From NCBI GenBank assembly GCA_010093745.1, contig MU006021.1, positions 55,965 through 75,964 on the forward strand: a DNA stretch of 20,000 bases, given 5' to 3'. Below are positions 19,933 to 20,000 of the stretch, one piece after another. A program made the translations under genes and the position numbers. The first letter of the stretch is position 1. Each line of letters starts with the position of its first letter. The stretch is from Piedraia hortae CBS 480.64. Taxonomy: Eukaryota. Under the pieces are notes generated by a model. The model saw only the letters and a list, made by a program, of their open reading frames with translations, ran no database searches and was not told where the DNA came from.

Positions 19933-20000
19933 GCGGGGCCTTATTATAATTGTGAGCAGATGTGTACCTGCATACAAATCTCTACGGAAAACTAGTTGAC
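19933..20000 (+). repeat. Dispersed element, copy C (cut off by the window end), inverted relative to copy B
   Basis: TTATAATTGTGAGCAGATGTGTACCTGCATACAAATCTCTACGGAAAACTAGTTGAC matches the first half of A and B. Confidence 0.9.

Overview
Eukaryotic DNA from a filamentous ascomycete (Pezizomycotina) with a very compact genome: introns are 44-81 nt, and most gene spacers are under 450 bp. Ten conserved protein genes can be reconstructed: a UBE2S-type E2 (partial), a conserved hypothetical protein, RRP42, a SGM1/TMF1 golgin, VPS37, WHI2, SFT2, a MiT/RTG-type bHLH factor, COX19 and a CSC1/OSCA channel. The most interesting signal is in the three unusually long spacers (7925-11271, 14186-15003, 18843-20000). 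They lack credible ORFs but are full of nested complementary segments. The best case is a ~2 kb + strand region (~9285-11225) that folds by eye into several long arms with many G-U pairs, including a ~950 nt rod. A ~130 bp dispersed element with a TTGACGCGTCAA palindrome lies directly upstream of it. The same element occurs again as a head-to-head pair at 19757-20000, next to another structured region. This suggests a family of long structured ncRNAs with a shared promoter-like or MITE-like module. All pairings were found by eye; no folding or database search was run.
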